A stretch of DNA of 64,000 nucleotides from an uncultured Holophagales bacterium (GCA_963842525.1 CAWJGT010000003.1:1664001-1728000), one strand, 5' to 3'. Positions 53,318-62,997 are shown, numbered from the stretch's first letter. Program-made: numbers and translations. The notes: generated from the letters alone by a model not told the origin.

Positions 53318-55450
53318 CTACGGCACGAGGAATGGGCTGGTGGTCGAGCTCTTGCCGTTCACGACGAAGGAGAGCTGGATGGTGTCGGCGGTGACGCCGG
53401 CGGGAAGCCCTTTGACGACCAGCTTCTTGCGCGTCCTCAGGTCCAGGGCGTAGGTCTCGCCGCCGACCTTGAGGGTCGCTGAAGAGAGTGCGCTCGCGTC
53501 GGCGTAGTCCGGGTCGATCTCGATGAACGCCGTCGCGCTGGCTCCGCCCCCGCCGCCGGGGTCCAGGCTGCAGGTGGTGCAGGGGTTGGAGCCGGGCTGC
53601 GGGCCGACCGCGGCTTCAAGGTTGGTGTCGAAGCTCTGCCAGTGCGGGCAGCGGAAGGGCGGAACAGCCAAGCCGGCCGGGAGGAAGAGCCGCTCGGTCG
53701 CGGCGCCGCCGGGCGCCGTGGACAGCTTTGCGGCGATGGTCGCGGTCGGACAGGCGGCGAACGTCGGCGGGCTTGCGGGACGGAGTGCGCTGCGGTCGAC
53801 CTGCGGCGCGCCGGCGAATGCGCGGGCGATGCTCTGGCGCCCCTCGACGACGATCCGGAGCGGGATGGTCTGCCTGTCGAAGGACGGGCAACGCGGGCAG
53901 CCGGGGCCTTTGCACTCCGCGCAGGACCGGCCGGCGGTCGTCCGGACGTCGACGTGGCGCACCGGCGGGCGGCCGGCCGCCGGGCAGGGCGTTGCGGCCT
54001 TTCCTCCGAGGCAAAAGGCGGCCGGCCGCCGCAGGTCGCCGCCGTACTGGTGGAGACGGTCCGCCGCCGCAAAGGAGTCCAGGGCCGGGAGCTGGTGCCG
54101 TACCCAGGCAAGGGCCGTCGCGGCCACGACCGTGGAGACGGAGGTGCCGGTGAGCATGGCGGTGGGGGCGCCGAAGCGGTCCGCCACGACGGCATGGTCG
54201 CCGAAGGCCACCAGGCGCGGCTCGCCCGCGAGGCGGCTGTTCAACAGGAGCGAGCCGCCGGCCCGCACGCCGCCCACGGCGTGGATCAGCGGCCGGTAGG
54301 AGGCCGTGCCGGCGCCGGCGAGGGCCGGCAGACCCCCCGGGCTGAGGGCTGCCGCGCAGGCGGCCGGTACCGGGGCCGGGCGGACCTCCCAGGCGGCGGG
54401 CAGGAGCGGGCCGCGGCCCAGCTCAGGGTCCGGCCCCCAGCTCCGGTTGCCCGCCGCGGCCAGGGTGGAGGCGCCGCGGCAGATGGCATCCACCAGGGCT
54501 GCGTGCACGGCCTGCACGGCCGGCCGAGCCGTTGACAGGTCGTCTTCGAGGCCGCCGAAGCGGCGGCCGTTCCAACCCAGGGACAGGTTGAGGAGGAGGA
54601 ACGGCGGCTGGCCGGGCTGCTGCCAGGCCACCACCTCCTTGCGGATCGCCTCCGCCAAGTCTCCCATCGTCCCGACGGAGCCTCCGCGCACGAGGTCTGG
54701 CGCGCTCGCCGCGCCCGACGCCGGGTTGTAGGCCGGCCGGGGCAGGGCGAGCTGGGAGGTCACCCGGGCCGCGCAGGTGGCGCCTGCACAGGCGAGCTTC
54801 CTCGCCATGTTGGCCAGGCTGTAGCCGTGCGGCGAGCTGTAGTTGTTGTTCGGCCTGGCCGTCGGATCTTCCGCGGTCGGAGCGGTATCCAGCAGAGCCA
54901 GCCGCACCCGGGCGTCGCCCACCGGCGCCGACCCGGAGGTGCCGGCATAAGAGAGGAAACGCTCCTCCATCAACGGCAGCGCCGTCCGCAGAAGGGAGGG
55001 AGGGGCGGGCGCCCGCGCCGGCCGCGGGGCGGGAGGCTGCTCGGCCGGCAGCACGGCCATGCAGTCGCGGTCCAGGGCCGACAGGCCCGGCAGCTCCGCC
55101 AGCGTCAGGGTGCCGCCGCTCCCCGGGTGCTCGTAGAGGCAGAAGGAGCGCAGGCCGAGCGGCAGGATCGACTGGCCGCGGTCCGTCTGTGAAAAGAGCG
55201 GACGCACTTTCCAATCCGGCTGCCGCGGCGCCGGGCATTCCACGCAGGGGTCTGTCTTGATGCCGATCCAGCGCCACGCCGGGCAGGCCGCCCGCTCGTC
55301 GGAGGAGGACGGCGGCGTTTGGTCGATCCGCGGACCTTCGGGAGGGATGGTGACGGGGTACTGGGCGGCGGCCGGCAGGGCCAGGAGAGCCGCCGCGAGG
55401 GTCAGGACGGAGAGGATCTGCAACGGATCGATGGTCGGTCTGGGGCTCAT
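53318..55450 (-). CDS. Secreted S8 (subtilisin-like) serine protease, Cys-rich
   Basis: Start MSPRPT with signal peptide; triad motifs ALLDT, PHG and LTGTSVS, plus NLSLGW and AAAGN. Confidence 0.78.
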   Translation of the reverse strand: MSPRPTIDPLQILSVLTLAAALLALPAAAQYPVTIPPEGPRIDQTPPSSSDERAACPAWRWIGIKTDPCVECPAPRQPDWKVRPLFSQTDRGQSILPLGLRSFCLYEHPGSGGTLTLAELPGLSALDRDCMAVLPAEQPPAPRPARAPAPPSLLRTALPLMEERFLSYAGTSGSAPVGDARVRLALLDTAPTAEDPTARPNNNYSSPHGYSLANMARKLACAGATCAARVTSQLALPRPAYNPASGAASAPDLVRGGSVGTMGDLAEAIRKEVVAWQQPGQPPFLLLNLSLGWNGRRFGGLEDDLSTARPAVQAVHAALVDAICRGASTLAAAGNRSWGPDPELGRGPLLPAAWEVRPAPVPAACAAALSPGGLPALAGAGTASYRPLIHAVGGVRAGGSLLLNSRLAGEPRLVAFGDHAVVADRFGAPTAMLTGTSVSTVVAATALAWVRHQLPALDSFAAADRLHQYGGDLRRPAAFCLGGKAATPCPAAGRPPVRHVDVRTTAGRSCAECKGPGCPRCPSFDRQTIPLRIVVEGRQSIARAFAGAPQVDRSALRPASPPTFAACPTATIAAKLSTAPGGAATERLFLPAGLAVPPFRCPHWQSFDTNLEAAVGPQPGSNPCTTCSLDPGGGGGASATAFIEIDPDYADASALSSATLKVGGETYALDLRTRKKLVVKGLPAGVTADTIQLSFVVNGKSSTTSPFLVP

Positions 55451-55461
55451 GTTCGGATCCC

Positions 55462-58223
55462 TCAAGGAACGAAGGCGCGGAAGCTCTGCCAGGCGGAGCT
55501 CGCGCCCTTCTGTCGCAAGGTGAGCTGGGCGCGGCGCAGGGCCTCCACCGTCGAGGCGCTCCGCGGGAAGCTCGGCGTAGAAGGACTGCATCAGGGCCGC
55601 GGACTCCCGGTCCGCGACCGGGCGGACGGCGGCGATGACGGTCGTCGAGCCGGCTGCAAGGAAGGCGTGCGCCAGCCCGATGGACTCCACGGCGCTCTCC
55701 TCCGAGCTGGCGCCCGTCTCGCACCCGGAGAGCACCACCCGGGCCGGGGACCGCGGCAGCGCCAGGACGTCGTCCACGGTCAGGCGTCCCCCGGCGGCCA
55801 GGGGGAGATGGCTGTCCCAGCCGGCGAAGACGGCGTGCCCGGCATAGTGGAAGAGGCCGCTTGCCGCGAGCAGAGGCCGGACCGCCGGTCCCGTGGCCTG
55901 GCGGCCCAGGAGCACGCGGACCTCCGGAGAGGGCCGGCCGGCCTGCAGCTCCGCCTCCACCTGCCCGGCCTCCGACCGGGCCCCCGGCAGGTTGCCCTGC
56001 GGATCGCCCACCACCAGGGCCCGCGCGCCCTGGAGCGCGGCGGCCGGCGAGGCGGGAAGGTCCAGGGCATAGGCCACCGGCTTCGCGGCCAGGAGCACAT
56101 CGCTGTCGAACGGAAGGGCATGCAGGTCCACCCGCCGGAGAGGGCCGTAGGGGAGCAGCCGCACCTGCCGCGCCCGCCGGATCTGCGCGGCGAAGGGGAC
56201 GAGCAGCCGTTCCGCCACGAGGGCCGGCTGCTCGAGCACGTCCTCCACACGGCCGAGCCGCCGGGCGACGACCCCGGTTGCGTCCGCTGCAAAGCCTGCC
56301 CAGCCGTCAGGCAGCGGATGGAAGGCCAGCAGCACCTCTCCCGCCGCGAGCGGCGGCGGTGCGGCCTCGCTCGCGCCGGCGATCCCGAACCGGGCCAGGA
56401 GGGCATCGATCTCGCCGCGCAGCTCGCGCAGCCGGCGGGCCCTGTCCTCCACCGCCTGCCGCAGCTCGTTGCCTGGCAGGCGCCAGTGCTCGGCCGCCGC
56501 CCGGTCGAGCGCCTCGCGCTGCGCATGGTGCGCGGCGAGGGCGCGGTCCCAGGCCTGCCGCTCGTCCGGCGGCAGGCCCGCGAGGCGGACGGAGACCTCC
56601 AGGGTGCGCAGGAACCGCGAGCGGGCCCGGCGCGCCAGGCCGAGGGCCTCGCCGGGCCGGCCGGCGCGCAGCAGCAGGTCGAGGTGGCGGCGGGTGGCGT
56701 CGTCCCTCTGGCCGAGGAATGTGTCGCGGCCCTGGTGCATGGGGATGAGGAGGCTCTCCCGTTCCAGCAGCTCCTCGGCGCGCCCATAGGCGGCGAGGGC
56801 GGCCGGAACCTCCTGCAGCGCCTCTTGAGCCCGCGCCTCGCCGGTCGCGGCACGCCATTCGGCCTCCGGCGCCAGCGCCTCCCGGGCGTGCACGGCGAGC
56901 TTCTCGATAGGCGGCGAGCGCGCGCCGGGCCTGCCCGGCCGCGAGGTCGATCCGCGCTTCGAGGTCCGCCCACCAGAGCAGGATGTTGCCGTCCGGCTCC
57001 GGCATGAGCTGCCGCGCCTCCGCGAGCCGCCGGCGCGCCAGGCCCGGCTCGCCGTCCTGGAGGTGCGCGAGAGAGAGGTTGACCCGTACGTTGACCTGCT
57101 CTTCGGCGCGTTGGGGAAAATTCGGGCACTTCTCGTCGAAGGTGCGCAGCGCCTCCGCAAGGAGCGGCTTCGGGTCCTCGGTGGCGGCGCCGGCTTCACG
57201 GGCCAGGAGCCAGGACCAGGCCTGATTGTTGTGGAGCTGGGCGCGGGTGCAGACCGGGAGCCCTGCCGCCGCCTCGCCGCCGATCCGCGCGAAGAGAGCG
57301 CGGGCATCGCCGGTGCGGCCGGCCCGCTGAAGCTCCCGGGCCAGGACCTGGCCGGCCGCCGTCCGGTACCTCAGGCTCCCGCCGCGCTCCGCATGATCCA
57401 CGGCGTCCTGGAGCCGGCGCAGCCCGGCGCGCAGGTCCCCCACTTCCGTGGCGAGGACGCCCCAGGTGTACTCCCGCTGGAAGGCCGAGTCTGCGTGCCC
57501 CTGCGGATCGGGGAACGCCTCCAGCACGGTGCGGGCCGCGGCGAAGCCGCGCCGCGCGATGAGCTGCTGGGCGAGGCGCGTCGCGTCCTCCACCTCCCAC
57601 GATAGGGCGCCGCTCTCCCGGTGCGCCGTGATGGCGCGGCGCAGCTCCGCGAGCCCTCTCTCTTCCTCGCCGGCCGCGAGGTGCAAGCGCGCCGCCACGT
57701 ACAGGGCGAGCCCGCGGTCTGTGGGAGACGAGGAGGCGAGCCGCGGCTCCACCCTCTGCCGCGCCGCCGCGATGTCCCCGGCCGCGCCCACCTTGCGGGC
57801 CTCGGTGAACCAGCCTGGCGGGCGGTCCTCGTCCACCGCCAGCCGCCAGGTCCGGGTTGCGCCGGCGTGCCGGACCTCCACCACCGTCTCCCGCGCGCCC
57901 GAGGCCAGCTCTGCCTCGATCCGCAGCCCACCTGCCACCGGGACGGGCAGGCCCGCTGGCGCCCGGCCATCCATGGTGATCGCGGCTCCCGGCGCCGCCT
58001 CCATCCACAAGCGCAGCCGGCGGCTCTCGGGCAGCGTGCACACCGGCCCCCGGCGCACCGTTTCGCAGCCCGAAAACTCGACGTGCAACGGCTGCGGCAC
58101 GTGGCTTTCCGGCCCGGGCCCCCCGCATCCCTGGAGGCCCGCTCCCACGGCGAGGACGGCGAGCCAGCCGGCGAGGTGCCTGCCGGCCGCTCGTGCCTCC
58201 GCCGCGCGCGCTATGTCCGCCAT
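55462..58223 (-). pseudogene. Lipoprotein with TPR repeats and C-terminal CHAT (caspase-like) protease; two single-base frameshifts (~56907, ~55565)
   Basis: Lipobox LQGC and TPR-like helices. CHAT motifs FHYAGHA and VVLSGCETG are intact. Correcting the frames gives ALAAY-EKL and a normal end ALRRAQL...WQSFRAFVP*. Confidence 0.8.
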
Positions 58224-58263
58224 CCTGCCCTCCATGGCCGATGAGCTCAGCGTCCGGCTGGAC

Positions 58264-58291
58264 ATTCGCGTTCTCCTTCGATTTTCTGACA
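58264..58291 (-). promoter_or_regulatory. Putative ECF promoter upstream of the TPR-CHAT gene
   Basis: TGTCAGAAAA-tcgaaggagaac-GCGAAT. Confidence 0.72.
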
Positions 58292-58356
58292 AGGCGGGGT
58301 TTCGCCCTTTATTGAAAGTCTTCAAAGGATAGCAGGAATCTCCGGGATGCATCGGC

Positions 58357-58384
58357 TGTCAGAAAGCCCAAGGTCGCGGCGAAC
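58357..58384 (+). promoter_or_regulatory. Putative ECF promoter upstream of the SLT gene
   Basis: TGTCAGAAAG-cccaaggtcgcg-GCGAAC. Confidence 0.7.
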
Positions 58385-58439
58385 TTCGTGGTGCGTTAGC
58401 GAGCTGGCATGTCCACGTTTCCCCGAGAAAGGTCAAGAC

Positions 58440-59279
58440 ATGAAGAAGAAACCTGTCGAAACGAAGCCACCTTCCGATACTTCGATCCCTCAAATACTCT
58501 CAGGGGTGAAGGGCCTCCAAGCCAGTGTCGAGCGGCTCGAGCAATCCGATGAACAGATCAAGGCCGGCCTCCGCGCCCTCCTTCAAGCGCAGCCGCTTCC
58601 CATGGCGCCCGCCAGGGTCGACCTCGGACCGCTTCGCAGAAATGCCAAACAGTGGAAGGCCCGCGAAGACTGTCCGAGGAAGACCAAGGCCTGCGAGGAC
58701 GCGGTCCGTTGGGTTCGGGAAAAGGGCCGGTTCCCACCCGCAGGAACCGACAAGAACTTTGAAACAGCAGTGTCTCTTTCCGGGGGAGACACCCTTGCTT
58801 CCGCCTTCAAGCTCGCAAAGCTGCTGGGCATCCTTGGCCAGGAAAGCTCGTTCGGAACCAAGGAGGACACGGAAGGGCCGATCCGGGGTCCATTTCAATT
58901 GTCCGAAGCTGCCGTTCAAGACTACAACCAGAACAATGATCCTGATGTCAAATGGCCCGATGATGTGGATGGCCTGAACGACCTCAAGACGGCTGCACAG
59001 GTTGCGGCCTGGTATCTGGCTTCTCTGCTGCAACAGCTCACTTTTAACCAGCCCGTCGGACCGACGACCGATCCGGAAGAAGCGAACAAGCTTGCTGTGG
59101 CCGCGTACAACGCTGGAATAGGCAAGCTGCGGGAAGCACAAAAGAAGGCGAAGGAGGCGGGTAAGGATCCCCACAAGTGGGACGACATCAAGGAGCATAT
59201 GCCGCTGGAGACGCGCGGCTACGTCGACAACGTGAAGGGCTACGAGCAAATCGCCTACGAGCTCGGCTGTGTCCTCTAA
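58440..59279 (+). CDS. Lytic transglycosylase (SLT) domain protein, no signal peptide
   Basis: QESSF (catalytic Glu), GPFQL, AAYNAG and ETRGYV; N-terminal coiled coil; lower GC. Confidence 0.82.
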   Translation: MKKKPVETKPPSDTSIPQILSGVKGLQASVERLEQSDEQIKAGLRALLQAQPLPMAPARVDLGPLRRNAKQWKAREDCPRKTKACEDAVRWVREKGRFPPAGTDKNFETAVSLSGGDTLASAFKLAKLLGILGQESSFGTKEDTEGPIRGPFQLSEAAVQDYNQNNDPDVKWPDDVDGLNDLKTAAQVAAWYLASLLQQLTFNQPVGPTTDPEEANKLAVAAYNAGIGKLREAQKKAKEAGKDPHKWDDIKEHMPLETRGYVDNVKGYEQIAYELGCVL

Positions 59280-59439
59280 GGCACAACGGCCCCTGATCGC
59301 CTGCCCATTCGGTCCCGGCCGGTTTGTGTTAGCCCCAATGCTGTTCACTTTGGCCGCCGCGGGCGGGGTTGCGCTGGAGCTGGCCGGGGTCGGGCTCGAC
59401 GCGATGTATCCGGAGGCGTCCACAAAATCGGACGGGTAG

Positions 59440-59740
59440 AGTTGCTCCGAGTCGTGGGCCAACCCAGTAGCCTTTGGGACCTCCTGCTCCGAGTCGTCTG
59501 GGAGCTGCTCGGGTTCGGGAGGGTTGGCAGCCGGTTTTTGTAGGTTCCTGGAGGATTTGTGGACCACCTGGACCGCGGTCGGGGCTGGCTGCACCGCGGT
59601 GCAGGTGGTCCGACCGCGGTGCAGTCGGCCTAGACCGCGGCGGGCCCACCCACGCCGCGGTGCAGGTGGCCTGGACCGTGGTGGGGTCGGCCTGGACCAC
59701 GGTGCAGGTGGACCCGACCGCGGTGCAGGTGGCCCCGAAG
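59440..59740. repeat. 21-bp-period array, core GACCGCGGTGCAGGTGG
   Basis: About eight units between 59570 and 59735; TGCTCCGAGTCGT units at 59443 and 59485. Confidence 0.8.
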
Positions 59741-59746
59741 CGCATC

Positions 59747-59886
59747 CTGGGAGCGCCGGCGTCCCGCCGGCTCGGAGCTGCGCCGGTCGCCGAGGCACCG
59801 CCAGGCATCACCGCCGCTGCAACCGTCTGTGGCTCTGCCTCCTCCACGGCCTCGTGGAGAGCCGGCGGGACGCCGGCGCTCCCAGG
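59747..59886. repeat. Inverted REP doublet (GGAGCGCCGGCGTCCCGCCGGC family)
   Basis: CTGGGAGCGCCGGCGTCCCGCCGGCTC...GAGCCGGCGGGACGCCGGCGCTCCCAG; a related single copy lies near 49346-49373. Confidence 0.8.
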
Positions 59887-59965
59887 GACGAGCCCCTCCC
59901 CTACGTCAAGAACGCCTTAAACGAACGCTATTGGTGTTAGCCCCGGCCGGGACGCGCGCCGTCAG

Positions 59966-60769
59966 CTAACGAGCAGTCCCCTTCCGGAAGACCACCAGCA
60001 GGCTGCACGCCACCGCATTGCGGTCATGGGGGCGGCAACCCGGACCGCCGCGGTCGGACAGCTCTTTGGCCGCCGGGAGGGAGCCGCGGCGGCCGAAGAC
60101 GACGAGGAGCGTGCTCTCTCCCTCCGGCAGTTGGACCTCTTCTCCGATCACACCGGCCACGCGGATTGCGCCCTGTTCGGAAACCTCCACCGGAGCGGCC
60201 CAAGGGGCGACCTCCTCACGGCGCACGACAAAGGTTTCCACTGCGAGATCCTCTGCGGTCTCACGCTCGGGGGTGAGGATCAGCTCGAAGGAGTTGCCTG
60301 GGGCGAAAACCGGCGTGCCGCCCGATGCCGGTGCCTCTCCCGCGCGCAGATCCTCGGTGCCGCCGGCCAGGAGGGCCACATAAGGCGGCAGGGGCTCCTG
60401 CCAGGGCTGTACAACAAGGAGCAGGATGGAGGCCGCAAGGGCCGCCGCCGCGGCCGAGCCGGCGCGCCACCCGCGGCGGCGGCGCAGGGGAGCCGCAGCG
60501 GCCGGCGCCACTCGCGGCGACGGCGAAGCGACACGCTGCCGGACCGCCTCGGCCATCCGCGACCGGAAGTCGGCGCCGAGCGGCGTGAATGCTGCGTAGG
60601 TCACCCGGCCTGCCGGGGACTCACCCGCCTCGGCCCGGAGAGCTTCGGCGTCCGCCGCGGGCAGGGCGCCGGCGGCCAGGGCCTGCCACCGGGGATCGAG
60701 CCGTTTTTCCTCTTCGTCCTCCTGACGGGCCGTTTCGGCCAGGCGTGTCAGGAGCTCCTCTTCGTCCAT
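59966..60769 (-). CDS. Putative membrane anti-sigma factor
   Basis: Directly downstream of the ECF gene; acidic helical N-terminus, RRRR + TM AAAAALAASILLLVV, and an extracytoplasmic beta domain. Confidence 0.68.
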   Translation of the reverse strand: MDEEELLTRLAETARQEDEEEKRLDPRWQALAAGALPAADAEALRAEAGESPAGRVTYAAFTPLGADFRSRMAEAVRQRVASPSPRVAPAAAAPLRRRRGWRAGSAAAAALAASILLLVVQPWQEPLPPYVALLAGGTEDLRAGEAPASGGTPVFAPGNSFELILTPERETAEDLAVETFVVRREEVAPWAAPVEVSEQGAIRVAGVIGEEVQLPEGESTLLVVFGRRGSLPAAKELSDRGGPGCRPHDRNAVACSLLVVFRKGTAR

Positions 60770-60789
60770 GGCCCACCATCCTCAAAGAG

Positions 60790-60817
60790 ATTCGCGCATC
60801 CTATCGATTTTCTGACA
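60790..60817 (-). promoter_or_regulatory. Putative ECF promoter overlapping the sigma gene 3' end, upstream of the anti-sigma
   Basis: TGTCAGAAAA-tcgataggatgc-GCGAAT. Confidence 0.72.
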
Positions 60818-61421
60818 TAAACTCATCGAGCAAACGTCGCGCCAGCTTCCGCAACCGGCTGCGCCAGGCATAAATCGCGTTCCGGCTCATGCGGGTCCGC
60901 TGTTCAACCTCCTCGACCGGCAGCCCCTGGACGAGGAGGAGCTCGAAAAGGTTCCATCCCTGCGGGCTGAGCTCCTCCTGCATCCGCCGGAGGAGGAGGC
61001 GCAGCTCCTGCCGGGAGGCGGCCCGGGCCTCGGGGTCGGGATCCGCCGCCGGCTCCTCCTCATGCTCCTCATCGAGCGTCGGGTCCTCCCGCCAGGGGTT
61101 CCGCCTGCCGCTGCGCAGACAGGAGATGGCCCGCCGCCTTGCCACCAGGCCGACGAAGTTCTCCAGCGATAGACCCTCGGCTGGACGCCAGCTCCGCAGC
61201 ACCCGCGCACCTTCGTCGAAGAGCGTGAGGAAGACGTCCTGTGTGAGGTCCTCGACCTGTTGGCGGGCGGAGCTTTCGTCTCCGGGAGGGTGAAACGCGA
61301 TGAGGACCTGGGCGACCCGGTTCTGGATCACAGGCGTGAGGAGGTCCACCAGGCTCCCCACAGCCTGCTCGTGCCCGGACAGGGCCTGCGTGACCAGCAT
61401 TTGCCGAGGGCTGGTTTCCAT
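60801..61421 (-). CDS. ECF-type sigma-70 factor
   Basis: Region 2 VEDLTQDVFLTLF and FVGLVARRRAISCLR; region 4 ELSP...LFELLLVQGLPVEEV...MSRNAIYAWRSRLRK. Confidence 0.88.
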   Translation of the reverse strand: METSPRQMLVTQALSGHEQAVGSLVDLLTPVIQNRVAQVLIAFHPPGDESSARQQVEDLTQDVFLTLFDEGARVLRSWRPAEGLSLENFVGLVARRRAISCLRSGRRNPWREDPTLDEEHEEEPAADPDPEARAASRQELRLLLRRMQEELSPQGWNLFELLLVQGLPVEEVEQRTRMSRNAIYAWRSRLRKLARRLLDEFMSENR

Positions 61422-61520
61422 GCCCCGCAATCCCTCTCGTTGTAGAGGTTTGGCAAGACGTCGCGAGTGAGGATAGCAGAAGTGGCGGCAACTTTTCGGG
61501 GAACAAATGTGGCCTGGGTT

Positions 61521-61548
61521 TGTCAGAAAAGCCGGGCTCGCGGCGAAT
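61521..61548 (+). promoter_or_regulatory. Putative ECF promoter upstream of 61616..62275
   Basis: TGTCAGAAAA-gccgggctcgcg-GCGAAT. Confidence 0.72.
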
Positions 61549-61615
61549 ACCAGAGCGGCTTGTGCTTTCACCCGAGACCCAGGAGTGGCCCCAAAGGGGA
61601 CCAAGGAGGTGAGCA

Positions 61616-62275
61616 ATGCGCGGCAAGAAGCCCGAAGCCGAACGTGGCGACAATCTCGCGACGGCCAGTTCTCAGCCGTCGGCCGAGCTCGCAGCCCTGC
61701 ACAGCAGGCTTGCCAAGCTCGAAGCTTTCTTCAGACCGCAAGCGCCAACTCCGGGAACGGTCTTGATTGATTCGCCAGCTCTTCCTTCCGGCAATCTGCT
61801 GATCAGCCAGGGCGGCTTCGAGTCGACGGCCGCAGTTGCAGGAGAGTTGGTCTCCCAGGCAGAGGACATGGCCGATGACAACGCGCTGGATCATGATGAG
61901 TTAGATCCTCTGATCGACAAGATCGGTAACGCACCTGCACCTTCGAGGGATAAAATAGAACCTTTCCAGACAAAAGCTGACGGACTGGCGAAAAGACTTC
62001 GCGAGACGCTCAACAAGGCGCGGGCTGCCAAGGGTAAGGTGGCTGGGGCCGCCGCCGCTGCAAAGCAGTTCAAGGCAGAAAAGATCAAGAAGGCCGAAGC
62101 TTCCTTCAAGGAAGCAGCGAAGTTGCTCCGAGAGTATGACGCAACTCCAAAAGCCAAATCGAAGGATACGGCCAAAAATCTGGCCGAACTGCTGAAGAAA
62201 GCCTTGGAGAAGCTGGCCACGGATCTGGATCATCTGAAGGAGGCCCTGGAAGCCATTGAAGATAAGAATGACTAG
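61616..62275 (+). CDS. Hypothetical Lys/Ala-rich helical protein
   Basis: AAGGAGGT RBS, coiled-coil composition and lower GC; flanked by a 27-bp direct repeat. Confidence 0.72.
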   Translation: MRGKKPEAERGDNLATASSQPSAELAALHSRLAKLEAFFRPQAPTPGTVLIDSPALPSGNLLISQGGFESTAAVAGELVSQAEDMADDNALDHDELDPLIDKIGNAPAPSRDKIEPFQTKADGLAKRLRETLNKARAAKGKVAGAAAAAKQFKAEKIKKAEASFKEAAKLLREYDATPKAKSKDTAKNLAELLKKALEKLATDLDHLKEALEAIEDKND

Positions 62276-62285
62276 CCGGACAGCC

Positions 62286-62312
62286 AGCCGGGCTCGCGGC
62301 GAATACCAGAGC
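62286..62312 (+). repeat. 27-bp perfect direct repeat of 61530-61556
   Basis: AGCCGGGCTCGCGGCGAATACCAGAGC at both positions. Confidence 0.9.
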
Positions 62313-62355
62313 ATAAGCCGGGGCTGCCACCTGGCCTCAATGAAGGGGGAGTGAA

Positions 62356-62952
62356 ATGCTCAGCAACAGCCTGTTTGCAAGCCTCGTCTGCATGTTCCTG
62401 GCGATCGGCTGCCACGCCGTGAACGAACCGGCAACGCATCGCAACGGCAACTTCGACCTCCGTATCCAGCAAATGATCGAAGAGCGGGGAGACCCGATCC
62501 TGGTCGTGGCGGATGGCACGGCCCTCCTGCTCGAGGGCCTCCCTTCGGCCGTCCTCGAACAGGCCGGGATCAGCATCCATGGTGACGAGCTCATCCTCCA
62601 CCAGTCGAGCGGCGGCGAAGAGGTGTACCACTTTGCCTACGTTCGCGCTCCCCAGGCTCTGCTCTGGTATGCGCTGGAGCTGGAGGACAGCGGGGATCCA
62701 GTGGAGGTCACATACCGCCATTCCGAGTGCCTCACGCCGGTCGCCTGCCGGGTCGAGTGCCACACGGCCGGTCTCAACTTCTACGCCAAAGAGACCCCGA
62801 TCGGCGATCCGAAGAGGTGCAAGAGGATCCAGGAAGACAAGACCTGTACGGACACCCTGAAAGCGGTCTGCTCCCGGCAGCTTTTCTTCGACCCGCGATG
62901 CACCCGGCCCGCGGGCGGACCTTTCGATCGCGAAGACCTGCGCTGCAACTGA
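62356..62952 (+). CDS. Hypothetical lipoprotein with Cys-rich C-terminus
   Basis: Lipobox-like LAIGC; eight Cys in the C-terminal third. Confidence 0.68.
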   Translation: MLSNSLFASLVCMFLAIGCHAVNEPATHRNGNFDLRIQQMIEERGDPILVVADGTALLLEGLPSAVLEQAGISIHGDELILHQSSGGEEVYHFAYVRAPQALLWYALELEDSGDPVEVTYRHSECLTPVACRVECHTAGLNFYAKETPIGDPKRCKRIQEDKTCTDTLKAVCSRQLFFDPRCTRPAGGPFDREDLRCN

Positions 62953-62997
62953 GAGGGTCTCTCGACGCGGCGCACCCGGGTCGCCGTGGGAAGGGCG

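Noticed and set aside
53114-53482. Small + strand ORFs 53114..53482 and 53205..53453 (one with CWSC)
   Set aside because: They overlap the 3' end of the S8 gene on the opposite strand, with no clear RBS or family motif.
53318-57307. 1329-aa ORF suggesting a CHAT-subtilase fusion protein
   Set aside because: It arises from a +1 frameshift near 55565. The shifted frame gives a canonical CHAT end (ALRRAQL...WQSFRAFVP*, stop 55462-55464), and the S8 gene has its own start and signal peptide at 55450.
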